The notes below the pieces were generated by a model. The model was not told the origin of the DNA. It made no database searches and was given only the letters and a program-made list of their open reading frames with translations. Shown piece by piece: positions 30,094 through 39,723 of a DNA stretch of 64,000 nucleotides. Every line of letters begins with the position of its first letter. Within the stretch, counting starts at the first letter, position 1. The translations under genes were made by a program, and so were the position numbers. The stretch is from contig CP170459.1 of the NCBI GenBank assembly GCA_047947115.1, positions 1,472,001 to 1,536,000 of the forward strand, given 5' to 3'. Source of the stretch: Verrucomicrobiota bacterium. Lineage in GTDB: Bacteria > Verrucomicrobiota > Verrucomicrobiia > Limisphaerales > AAA164-E04.

Positions 30094-33000
30094 ATGAGTA
30101 AAAATAAATATAACTTATTCACACGCAGTAAGTTAGGGTTTGCTTCGCTCTCTGCGGCCGTCATCGGCCTCAGTGGTGTTGCAAACGCTGGCGATGTCAC
30201 ATGGGATTTCAATAGTGATCCCGTAGATGACGGTATTATTCTGTCCGGAAATAACGACGCGATTTGGGTCGAAGAGGGCGGAAACGACGGTGGCTTCTTG
30301 GCGGTTACATACCCCGAAGGTGGCCAGGATGGCTATGTAGCATTCCCCAGTATTGATGCTGATAACGAAATTGTTGCCGGCTTCAAACTCTCAGGTGAGG
30401 CACGTATCGGTAACAGTACGGGTGATCGTGCCGCGGACGGTTTCAGTGTGAGCTTGGCTCGCGACAATGGAACAGATCCTGTTGTTGAAGAGTTAAATGC
30501 CAATGGCGCTATTTCAGGCATGGGTAACTTTGCCGGTGGTATTGCCGAAGGTGGAACCACGACCGGTGTTGCAGTTAGCTTTGACACTTGGGCTGGAAAT
30601 ACTCTGCCTGATGGTGGTGATATCGAAGGTATCATCGTCCGCGTGGACAATGTGACCATCACCCGTGAAGGTCTCCCTACTCGCCATGGTGAGTGTGATG
30701 ACATCACCAGTTTGCAGACCGGGCCTCGCAACCAGCAGTATTGGGATGACGGTGGCGATCCTCGCGATCCTGAGTCCTGGGCCGATCTTTGCTGGCAGCC
30801 TTTCTCTGTGGAAGTGACCGCTCCTACGGGTGGCGAGTTAGCAAAACTCACTGTTGCCTTCAAAGGAAACAATGTGTTGGACAACTTCGAGCTTGATTAC
30901 TTCCCTACCAAGAGCCGAGTGATCTTGGCTGGTCGAACCGGTGGTGCCAATGAGCACACCCACTTTGACAACCTGCGCTTGACCACAACTGCCATCACTG
31001 GCGGTGGCGCTCCTCCCAAACCAGGCGACTTGGCCGTGGATCTCGAGGGTGCTGGTTTCGTGCGCTTGTCCTGGGAAGCTGCTAACACCCCTGACTTGGT
31101 TGCATACAAAATTGAGCGTGATGGCGTTCAACTGGCCGGTCAGGTGACCGGGACAACGTTTGATGACTTTGGGGTGAGCGCTAACAGCTCCTACAAATAC
31201 AAGGTCTACACCATGAGCATTGATGGAACTCTTTCCGAAGAGCCCACCAACGAAGTGACCGCAACCACCATCGACGTCGTCGAAGTGGAAGCATTCCAGA
31301 ACATGCTCGTTTACGAAGGAATTGGTGGAACGGATACTCCAACCTTGATCTTCGATACCCCTGATTTCCCAGACAACCCAACACGCACCGTGTTCATCAA
31401 TGGTCTGGACTTCACTCCTGGCGGTATTGCTGATAACTACGGTGGTCTTGTAACCGGAACCTTGACTCCTCCAGTTTCCGGGGATTACCACTTCTTCATT
31501 CGTTCGGACGATGCTTCCGAGTTCTTCTTGAACGAAGACGGTGCGGATGCTCCTGATCCAACCTCAGACTTCCCGATCGCATTCGAAACCGGATGCTGTA
31601 ACGGCTTCTATGAGCCAGGTGAAGACGATGCCACAACTGTGACGCCAATTCCTTTGACTGCTGGTACAAAATATGGTTTTGCCATGGTGCTCAAAGAAGG
31701 TGGCGGTGGCGACTGGTTCCAAGTTGCATGGCGTCGCGAAGGTGACGACACCCCTGCTGCTGAATTGGCACCAATCACGGGTTCCGCTGTGGGTGGTGGT
31801 CTCGGCGATCCTACCGGTGCCTATATCAACATCACTTCTCAACCTCAAGACGCAGTCATTCCTGCGGGTTCATCCGCTACGATCGAACTCGGTGTGGAGG
31901 CTGGTTCTCCCTACACCAACGCTGTTCTCTACCAGTGGATGAAAGACGGCGAGCCTGTTGCAGGTGGCACTAGCCAAAACTTGGTCATCAACGATGCTAC
32001 CGCTGACGATTCCGGTGAATATACCGTCAAGATCATCGTTCTGGGTCTGTCTGAAACTTCAGAAGCAGCCACGATCTCCGTTCAAGAACCTGCCGCCTTG
32101 GTTGCTGGAAACTCTATCGGTATCAACTTCGCCTCCGATGAGCCCGCCGGTAACGGTTCGGCTGTGGACGGCGAAGCGGGTGTGATTGGAACTTCTGTCT
32201 GGAACAACTTGGTTGGCGGAAGCGGAGCTTCTGACTTCCTGGTTGCTGACGTGGACGGTTCTGCTGGTTTGACCGGCGTGAAAGTCACCTGGAGCTCTCC
32301 CAACACCTGGTCCAGCCAGGGCCGTGGTGAAGAAAACAACAGCGCTCCTGCTGGCAACGACCGTAACCTCATGACCGGTTACATTGACACCAACAGCAAT
32401 GATCCAAACCAGGTCATCGTGACCGGACTGCCTTCCGACCTCTCTTACGATGTGGTTGTTTACATGAAGGGTGGCGTTGTTGGCCGTGGTGGTGATTACA
32501 CCGTCAAAGGCAGCCTCGCTAATGGCTTGGTTGCTCGATGGAACTTCGACAACGAAGACTTCAGCGATTCTGTGGGTAGCTACGATGGCGAAGGCATGGG
32601 AACTGATCCGATTGCATTCGGTGACGGTCCTACCGCTGAGTTCGGAAAAGCTCTGACCTTGGATGGTATCGATCAATTCGTTGAAATCACCAGTGATGGT
32701 GGCGACCTCGGTTTCACAGGTGGCAGCATGTCTGTTTCAACCTGGTTCCGCGCAAACGACTTCGATAAGAGCTGGCAAGCCCTGATCGCTGACGGTGAAG
32801 GTAACCGCTGGCGTCTCCACCGCCGTGGCGGTGAAGGTGGTTTTGCCTGGGTCGGTGGTAACGGCGGCACCCCAGTGGGTGCCGATGTTTCCATTGGTGA
32901 ATGGCATCACGTTGTGGGTGTGGCAGATGCTTCCGGTTTGGAATTCGGCTCTCGCCTCTATCTTGACGGTGAAATCTACGCCACAAACGTCACGCCCGCT

Positions 33001-33531
33001 GACTTGGGTAGCAACGACTTCAACGTCATGATCGGTGAAAATCCTGACGCTCGTGGTCGTACCTGGAACGGTGATATCGATGATGTAGCCATGTGGAACC
33101 GTGTTTTGACTCACGACGAAGTCAAAGCACTGGGTGCAGGTCCTCTCCAAACCGGAGGTGTGACCCTGCCTCACTATGATAGCGGCGCCTTCACCGGTAA
33201 CTATGTCCATGGTCGTGATGGTGATTACATCGTATTCAAAGACATCTCTGGAACCAGCTTCGTGCTGGAAGGTCAACCCGTCGAACTCCGCGCTCCAATC
33301 AATGGTATTGATATCTTGATCGGTGGTGGATTCGAACCTCCCGCCGGTGGCGGTGGTGGTGAAGGTGGCATCTCCAGTGTTGCTTTGGCAGACGGAAATG
33401 TGGTCATCGAATACACTGGCACGCTGAAGAGTGCTGACAGTGTGACCGGACCTTACAGTGATGTGGCTGGTGCCAGCTCACCTTACTCTGTGGCTCCTAC
33501 CAAGGCTGCTGAGTTCTACATCGCTGAATAA
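30094..33531 (+). CDS. Large secreted multidomain protein (lectin-like, FN3, PA14, Ig, LamG)
   Basis: Signal peptide; ADGFSVS lectin-like region; FN3 (LSW...YKYKV); PA14 (GDYHFFIRSDDASE...KEGGGGD); Ig (YQWMKDG...DSGEY); LamG (WHHVVG...GDIDDVAMWNRVL). Confidence 0.85.
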   Translation: MSKNKYNLFTRSKLGFASLSAAVIGLSGVANAGDVTWDFNSDPVDDGIILSGNNDAIWVEEGGNDGGFLAVTYPEGGQDGYVAFPSIDADNEIVAGFKLSGEARIGNSTGDRAADGFSVSLARDNGTDPVVEELNANGAISGMGNFAGGIAEGGTTTGVAVSFDTWAGNTLPDGGDIEGIIVRVDNVTITREGLPTRHGECDDITSLQTGPRNQQYWDDGGDPRDPESWADLCWQPFSVEVTAPTGGELAKLTVAFKGNNVLDNFELDYFPTKSRVILAGRTGGANEHTHFDNLRLTTTAITGGGAPPKPGDLAVDLEGAGFVRLSWEAANTPDLVAYKIERDGVQLAGQVTGTTFDDFGVSANSSYKYKVYTMSIDGTLSEEPTNEVTATTIDVVEVEAFQNMLVYEGIGGTDTPTLIFDTPDFPDNPTRTVFINGLDFTPGGIADNYGGLVTGTLTPPVSGDYHFFIRSDDASEFFLNEDGADAPDPTSDFPIAFETGCCNGFYEPGEDDATTVTPIPLTAGTKYGFAMVLKEGGGGDWFQVAWRREGDDTPAAELAPITGSAVGGGLGDPTGAYINITSQPQDAVIPAGSSATIELGVEAGSPYTNAVLYQWMKDGEPVAGGTSQNLVINDATADDSGEYTVKIIVLGLSETSEAATISVQEPAALVAGNSIGINFASDEPAGNGSAVDGEAGVIGTSVWNNLVGGSGASDFLVADVDGSAGLTGVKVTWSSPNTWSSQGRGEENNSAPAGNDRNLMTGYIDTNSNDPNQVIVTGLPSDLSYDVVVYMKGGVVGRGGDYTVKGSLANGLVARWNFDNEDFSDSVGSYDGEGMGTDPIAFGDGPTAEFGKALTLDGIDQFVEITSDGGDLGFTGGSMSVSTWFRANDFDKSWQALIADGEGNRWRLHRRGGEGGFAWVGGNGGTPVGADVSIGEWHHVVGVADASGLEFGSRLYLDGEIYATNVTPADLGSNDFNVMIGENPDARGRTWNGDIDDVAMWNRVLTHDEVKALGAGPLQTGGVTLPHYDSGAFTGNYVHGRDGDYIVFKDISGTSFVLEGQPVELRAPINGIDILIGGGFEPPAGGGGGEGGISSVALADGNVVIEYTGTLKSADSVTGPYSDVAGASSPYSVAPTKAAEFYIAE

Positions 33532-33563
33532 GCCGACTATTTAACAACGTTAAATCTCAACAC

Positions 33564-33596
33564 GAAAGCCCGCTCCCAGGAGCGGGCTTTCCTTTT
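33564..33596 (+). terminator. Rho-independent terminator
   Basis: 12-bp stem GAAAGCCCGCTC/GAGCGGGCTTTC followed by CTTTT. Confidence 0.88.
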
Positions 33597-33598
33597 AG

Positions 33599-33801
33599 GT
33601 AGATCGGACCGTCCCGGTCCGCACCTTGTGGCATCCTTACATAAATAAGCCATCCAAAGGAAAACCCAACCGTATCCGAACCCCAATATCACTGGGAGCG
33701 TTTACCAAGGACGCATGTCATTGAAAACCGCAGGCTTCCCAAAGCGGAAGTTGATTGGAATTCGTATGCCACAAGGGCGCGCCAGGGACGGCACGCTCTC
33801 C
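33599..33801. repeat. REPIN-like element, GTAG family, long class (203 bp)
   Basis: Same head and internal sequence as 14044 and 19713; right end degenerate (CTCC). Confidence 0.9.
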
Positions 33802-33859
33802 TTTTCCATGTTCCAAACGCTTGGAATTTCCATTCTCTGATAGTAGGGTTCACCTGCAC

Positions 33860-35731
33860 ATGATGAGCTTAAATCGACAGTTTGTTGGGATCTTGTTACT
33901 TGCCTTGATAGGAGCTGAAGGCATGCATGCCGCCTCATTGGTTTCCAAAGACCTTATCAAAAACAAACAACATACCCATTTCCGCGTCTCACCAGACGGT
34001 TCCAAAATTGCTTTGTTGGCACCCCATGAAGGAGCCATGAATATTTGGCATCAGGGAGTTGGGCGTGGTAAACGCACACTCATCACGCGTGAATCCCGAT
34101 CTTTGACCCACTTTTTATGGCAATATGATAATGAACATCTCCTTTATCTCCAGGATCAGGATGGCGATCAGCAGCACCATCTTTATCAGGTGGATATAAA
34201 CGGATTCAATACGCGCGACCTGACGCCCTATAGAGGTATTCAGGCACTTGTGGTATCCATGTTGCCTTTGGTGCCGGACCAGATCCTTGTTTCCATGAAC
34301 CTCAACAGCCGGCAGCGGCACGATGTTTTTCGGATCAACTTGGACACCGGCGCGATTGAATCGGACACGATCAATCCAGGATATGTGATTCAATGGGCAG
34401 CTGATGCCGATTTGCAGACAAGGGCAGGAGTGACACTGTCCCCGGGAGGAGATTACGAGATTCTCATCAAGAACCTCGCCAATGGTGAGTGGACTCCCAA
34501 GGTGACGATTCCTGCGGGTCGTGCCATTCCGGGTTTGATCGGATTTTCTCCGGATGGTTCTGTTCTGTGGTATTTGGGAGATGACGAAACCGGGAGCATC
34601 AGGCAATGGGCGTTAAATCTTCAAACAGGCGAAACGGCATCCACTCCTGAAGGAAAAGTGGGTGATGTTGTCGACGTGTTTCGAGATCCTGTCTTGGGGG
34701 TGCCGGAGGGTGTGGCGCTCCGTAATCCCATGAAATCCTGGCGTATGTTTCATGGTGGATATGAAAGTATCATCGAGTTTCTGCGTTTTGAAAAAGGAGA
34801 TCTGTTCTTTCCGAGTCGAAGCCTTCAGAAAAAGGAATGGATCGTAGGATACACCGATCCTCAGATGTCGACTACCTATCAGGTCTATGTTCTGGGAGAT
34901 CGACACAAGGTCATCCTGATGGGAATGGAGCGGCCTAATCTACGCAACGGCAATTTTTCCGCCACCCAACCGGTGTTGATTCCCGGACCTGATGGACAAA
35001 AAATCCGAGCCACATTGAATCGTCCGATCCTGAAAAAGGAAGAACCTGTGCCGACGGTGATTCGGGTCGTGGATGGTGCCATGGATCAACCAACCTTCCA
35101 ATTCGATGAAGAAGCTCAGTGGTTGGCTTACAAAGAAATGGCAGTATTGACGATTTACCCGCCACGCGGTGTGGCTTCGAAAGAGGCAGTGACTGCGCTT
35201 GCTGATGATCATTGGGCCACAGGTTTGAAAGACGACATTCTGGTTGCCAGAAATTGGGCGATTGCAGAAGGACATGCCAAAGATGATCAGATTTATCTCA
35301 AAGGGACTGGTTTGGGTGCTTATGCCGCTCTCTCTGCCGGGGTGAAGCAACCTGATGCTTTCGCGGGTTTGGTTTTGGTGAATGGTGTAACAGATGTTCC
35401 CTCATTTATGAAAGAGTTGCCGACCTATGAACAATCTATCGCGTCCAAGCTGGCCGGATGGTTCACCGGTGACACATCCGGGCAGAAAGCGTGGGTGGAA
35501 CCATCACCGTTGGACCATCTAAATGACCTGGATTCACCTGTTTTGCTAGTGCACGGAGCCAATAATCCTTGGATTCGCAAGGATCAGGCGGGGCGTTTAA
35601 GATCCAAGCTTCTCAACCTTCAGAAGCCGGTGGAAACCCTCTTGATCGAAGGCGAAGGTCACCAGATCATTCAGGAGAACAACGTGATTCGCTACTACGA
35701 GGCCCTGGAAAAATTTCTAAGTGCCAGGTAG
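33860..35731 (+). CDS. S9 (prolyl oligopeptidase/acylaminoacyl peptidase) family homolog, probably catalytically inactive
   Basis: Signal peptide, beta-propeller (SPDGSKIA, RDLTP), C-terminal SPL...PVLLVHGAN.P...EGH; GTGLG at the nucleophile elbow. Confidence 0.8.
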   Translation: MMSLNRQFVGILLLALIGAEGMHAASLVSKDLIKNKQHTHFRVSPDGSKIALLAPHEGAMNIWHQGVGRGKRTLITRESRSLTHFLWQYDNEHLLYLQDQDGDQQHHLYQVDINGFNTRDLTPYRGIQALVVSMLPLVPDQILVSMNLNSRQRHDVFRINLDTGAIESDTINPGYVIQWAADADLQTRAGVTLSPGGDYEILIKNLANGEWTPKVTIPAGRAIPGLIGFSPDGSVLWYLGDDETGSIRQWALNLQTGETASTPEGKVGDVVDVFRDPVLGVPEGVALRNPMKSWRMFHGGYESIIEFLRFEKGDLFFPSRSLQKKEWIVGYTDPQMSTTYQVYVLGDRHKVILMGMERPNLRNGNFSATQPVLIPGPDGQKIRATLNRPILKKEEPVPTVIRVVDGAMDQPTFQFDEEAQWLAYKEMAVLTIYPPRGVASKEAVTALADDHWATGLKDDILVARNWAIAEGHAKDDQIYLKGTGLGAYAALSAGVKQPDAFAGLVLVNGVTDVPSFMKELPTYEQSIASKLAGWFTGDTSGQKAWVEPSPLDHLNDLDSPVLLVHGANNPWIRKDQAGRLRSKLLNLQKPVETLLIEGEGHQIIQENNVIRYYEALEKFLSAR

Positions 35732-36030
35732 AACGGATCGTCCCCGATCCGCACCTTGTGGAATCCTTGCTCAAAAATGGTATCCAACGGAAACTCTGAT
35801 GTAGTTGAACGCCACAATCTCCATGCGCATTCGGGAGGAATACAGGCTATTGAAAACGGAGGGCTTCCCAAAACGGCCGATGATTGGAATTCGAACGCCA
35901 CTAGGGACGCGCCGGGGACGGCACGATCTACCTGAGGTGGCCTGCAGGTAGTGCTGACCGTCCCGGTCCGCTCCTTGTGGTAATCTTATTCAAAACTCCC
36001 ATCCAAAGGAAACCCTTGGAGTAGTCAAAC
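35728..36030. repeat. REPIN (35728-35931), 16-bp linker and a truncated REPIN from 35948, flanking the RAYT 3' end
   Basis: GTAGAACGGATCGTCCCCGATCCGCACCTTGTGG...GGGACGGCACGATCTAC; GTAGTGCTGACCGTCCCGGTCCGCTCCTTGTGG; right boundary approximate. Confidence 0.85.
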
Positions 36031-36066
36031 ATCCACCACCTCTTCAGTGTGGCGTATCACATATGG

Positions 36067-36582
36067 CTATAGCTCATTTTTTGCGCACAGTCCGGCACGA
36101 ACTGGATTATTGAGTGTATAAGAGCACTTTTCAACATACTCATTGAGATTCCTGATTCGATGGTCAAAAAAATCCCGCTGCCACTGAATGCCAAAGGCTC
36201 GCGCTGTGTATGATTTCCAGTTTGTGACTGGCTTTCTCAAACCGATATCCACGGGCACAGAAAGCATGGCGTGCAGATGATCCGGCATTAACAGCATGAG
36301 GCGGCAGGTCCATTTGCCGATTTGATGGTAGTAGAAAGCTGATTTCAACAGGGACCACGCTACTAAAGGGTGGCATAGCTGATTGGTGCCCTTAGGTGTG
36401 GTGCAAATGGTGACAAAAAAGCATGGAGAACCGGAAACCCACTGAGGGATATAATGGGCGAGACGGCCTTTGCGTAATTGAGGATTTTTAAATTGGCATT
36501 TCAAAGGCTTTGGCCCTTCGAACTCAATGAAAGCAATTTGTTTTGTGAAGCCAGTAAAACACCTTAATTGAAAGATAGCCAT
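36067..36582 (-). mobile_element. REP-associated tyrosine transposase (RAYT, HUH/Y1 family); start uncertain
   Basis: FFVTICT, HUH motif MPDHLH, WQRDFFDHRIR, catalytic Tyr in YTLNNPVRAGL; flanked on both sides by GTAG REPs. Confidence 0.9.
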
Positions 36583-36592
36583 ACTTTTTTGG

Positions 36593-36816
36593 GTAGATTC
36601 CCGACGAGTCGGTATCTGGGTACGCACCTTGTGGCGTTCTTATTCAAAATTGCCATCCAATGGAACCTCCTGAGGTAATCGAACGCCAAAACCCATCTGT
36701 TTGCGTTTGCATAGAATACAGATCATCGAGAACCACAGGCTTCCCAAAACGGAAGATGATTGGAATTCAAGCGCCACAAGGGGCGCGCCGGGGATACCGC
36801 AGTCGTGGGATTCTGC
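36593..36816. repeat. REPIN upstream of the RAYT, both ends carrying short palindromic substitutions
   Basis: Internal CAGGCTTCCCAAAACGGAAGATGATTGGAATTC and GCCACAAGGGGCGCGCCGGGGA match the family. Confidence 0.85.
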
Positions 36817-36838
36817 CTGATGTGGGCGTTCGTCATTA

Positions 36839-38392
36839 TTAAGGTTTGATCGGGTATCGCTTTACTTTCACATCATTGAGTTGTTCAGGCCCAGGATTGC
36901 TTCGGCCTTTTGTGATCAAGTGTTCCAGCAATTGGCTTAGTTCCGTAACCTTGTCCGGTTGGGTGGCGGCAAGATTGTTCGATTCGGCAATGTCTTTCGA
37001 GAGATCGTATAGCTGTATCGTTGTTTCTGCTTCGCCCTTTGTCCAGCCGCCGGAACCCTTGTCCAGAACCAGTTTCCAATTGCCTCGACGAATGCTGGGA
37101 ATGCCGCGGATGGAGCAACTCACCGAGTGTTCCCGAATAGGTTTGTTCTCACCTTTCAATAGGGGTATCAGGCTGAAACTGTCTTCCCCTTCATTTTCTG
37201 CCAACGGCGTTTCGAGCACATCCGACAGGGTGGCGATCCAATCGGCTTGATGGATCAATTGATGATTTGTGGATCCGGGCGCCACAACCTTGGGCCAACG
37301 CACGATGAAGGGAACACGGTGTCCGCCTTCCCATGCGTCGGATTTGTATCCACGCAGTGGTCCGCTCGGGAAGTGGCCTTTGGCTTCCAATTGGTCAACA
37401 TCGATATAGGGCGCACAGCCATTGTCACTGGTAAACAGGACAAGTGTTTGCTCGGTCTGGCCGCTTTCTTCGAGCGCGTTGAGGATGTTCCCCACAACTG
37501 CGTCGGTTTCCATCACCATGTCGGCATAAAGATTGAGTCCGCTTTGGCCCTTCCATTCATCATTGACGGACAGCGGGGTGTGGGGAGAAGTGAGTGGGAT
37601 TTAGAGCAAGAAAGGTTCTGGAGTGTTCCCTTCGCTTTTGATGAATGCCGAGGCTCGTTCGGCGAGTGCCGGCAGGATGGGTTCCAGCGTCCAGTCTTTG
37701 AGCGCCGGGCCTTGTTTGCTGGCCTGGTTACGCGCCAGTTGTGGGGCTCCAAGAAACTCCGATGGGATGCCCACGGTGCGATCCTGATCGATAAAACAAT
37801 AGGGTGGCCAGTTGGGAACATCCGTTCCAAAATAGAGATCGAATCCTCGTGTGATTGGACCGCCTTCAATGGGTTGAGAGAAGATGGATGACCAAAGCTT
37901 GCGGTGATCCTCGGTTGCCTGCGCGTCGTTGGGGTGGTTGGCACGCATGGCTGGCAAAGCATCGTTTGGAATGGGCCAGTCCCATCCTAAGTGCCACTTC
38001 CCGATGCACGCTGTGTTGTATCCGCTCTTTTTGGCAAGTCCGGCAATAGTCAAGCGATTCGGCGCGATCAGTGTTTTGCCCCAGAGTCCTACAATTCCAG
38101 ATTGCAAGCTGGTGCGCCAGTGGTAGCGTCCGGTCAATAAAGTGTAGCGCGAAGGTGAGCAAACCCCGGAGGAGGAATGCGCATCGGTGAACCGCATCCC
38201 TTCACGCGCCAGGCGGTCAATGTTGGGGGTCGGAATGAGGCCTCGATCCGGGTTGTAACATTGTACATCGCCGTAGCCCAGGTCGTCGGCATAGATGATC
38301 AAAATGTTGGGTGTGTCAGCCGAGGCCGGGGATAGGCCTGCCCAAAGCGAGCTCATCAGGATGGAACAAAAGGATGCGAAGCAGTGTTTCAT
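36839..38392 (-). pseudogene. Arylsulfatase (Cys-type formylglycine sulfatase) interrupted by one in-frame TAA at 37601-37603
   Basis: PNILIIYADDLGYGD, CSPSRYTLLTGR, GKWHLG; reads through as PFLL*IPLTSPHTP into the same-frame half with FTSDNG, GYKSDAWEGGHRVP. Confidence 0.88.
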
Positions 38393-38471
38393 AAAACAAA
38401 TCAAATGTTCGGGACTCAGATGCAATTTATAGACTCATCTTGCCATGACAAGTCGTGACAGATGAATTATT

Positions 38472-38854
38472 GGAGGGTCGGGTTCCACCCCGAACCCAAA
38501 CTTCCTCCTCGAAACCCTCCTGAGCAAGAGACGTGGAACGCGGGAAGCTGTTGGCAATTGTATGCCTGTGGCGTTTCCATTGCAGCCTGGTGGCGGGTTC
38601 GAGCGTTGCGAGGTCTGAAATGGGAGTCCCGACTCGTCGGGAGAGTTTGCCCCTCCATTTTGTAAATACGGAGGGTCGGGTTCCACCCCGAACCCAAACT
38701 TCTTCCTCGAAACCTTCCTGAGCAAGAGACGTGCAACGCGGGAAGCCGTTGGCAATTGCATGCCTTTGGCGTTTCCATTGCAGCTTGGTGGCGGGTTCGA
38801 GTGTCGCGAGGTCTGAAGTGGGAGTCCCGACTCGTCGGGAGAGTTTGCTCTTCC
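38472..38854. repeat. Tandem pair of 185-bp GGAG-ended REPIN-like elements (second family)
   Basis: Units 38472-38656 and 38670-38854 (198-bp period), each starting GGAGGGTCGGGTTCCACCCCGAACC and ending CTCC/TTCC. Confidence 0.85.
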
Positions 38855-38870
38855 TGGAATTTTTTGGGTC

Positions 38871-39719
38871 TCAGGAACTCGCGCTGTTGTAGTGCCGCAT
38901 GGCGAAGCGCCACATGGCTTCCGATGCCATCAGGCACACCATCATCATGACAATGAGTGAAACAATTTCCATGGGGCTTTCCATTTTTTGAATAAAAAAC
39001 TTCGTCGGGATATTGGCGACCAACAGCATGGGGACGGCGAAGGTGAAGAATGCTTTGAATCCCCCCTTGAAGGCCGAGTCCGGCAATCGTGCCACGTTGA
39101 AAAGGTTGTAGTATCCCCAGGCAAATCCTTCCGCCTTGATGGTCCAGAAGCTGATGCTGGCCAAGATGAACATCAGTGAGTAGTGGATCATGATCCCGCA
39201 AACACACATTAAAAGGAACCCGGCACATTGGATCAGTGTGGGTTGGAGATTCAATTGCACGCCTGCGTAAACCATCACCGAAATGGCTGCGAGCGTGCTG
39301 ACGTAAGAGCCCAGATCCATGGTTCGAAGAGAGATGAGGAACCGGGAATTGACAGGCAGCAACAGCATGAAATCGAGGCGACCGGTCCTAATGTGTTCGG
39401 AAAGTTGAGTGATGTTGTTCAGGAAAACGGCGTGAAAAAGCTGTTCGATGAAATTGGCAGCGCCAATCAGGAAGATCACTTCATAACGACTCCAGGTGCC
39501 GATGTGATCGGTGTGAGAGTAGATGACCGAAATAAAAGTGATCTGCAGACCGAACCAGAGCATTTCCACCACCAGCCAGAGGAGAAAGTTGGCCTTGAAC
39601 TGCATGTCGCGCATGACGGAGTTGCGACACAACGCTCCGTAAATATTCACATAACGGCGCCACCCCTTTTTCAATGGAGGGATGGAATCTGATTGGCTGA
39701 CCGGGATGGTTTTGTTCAT
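38871..39719 (-). CDS. ABC-2 family permease (DUF990-like)
   Basis: Six TM pattern; IRTGRLDFMLLLPV. Confidence 0.85.
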   Translation of the reverse strand: MNKTIPVSQSDSIPPLKKGWRRYVNIYGALCRNSVMRDMQFKANFLLWLVVEMLWFGLQITFISVIYSHTDHIGTWSRYEVIFLIGAANFIEQLFHAVFLNNITQLSEHIRTGRLDFMLLLPVNSRFLISLRTMDLGSYVSTLAAISVMVYAGVQLNLQPTLIQCAGFLLMCVCGIMIHYSLMFILASISFWTIKAEGFAWGYYNLFNVARLPDSAFKGGFKAFFTFAVPMLLVANIPTKFFIQKMESPMEIVSLIVMMMVCLMASEAMWRFAMRHYNSASS

Positions 39720-39723
39720 GTGT

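Noticed and set aside
38435..39228. ORFs 38467-39228 and 38435-38761 with internally repeated peptides
   Set aside because: They are translations of the tandem 185-bp DNA repeats and overlap the ABC permease out of frame.
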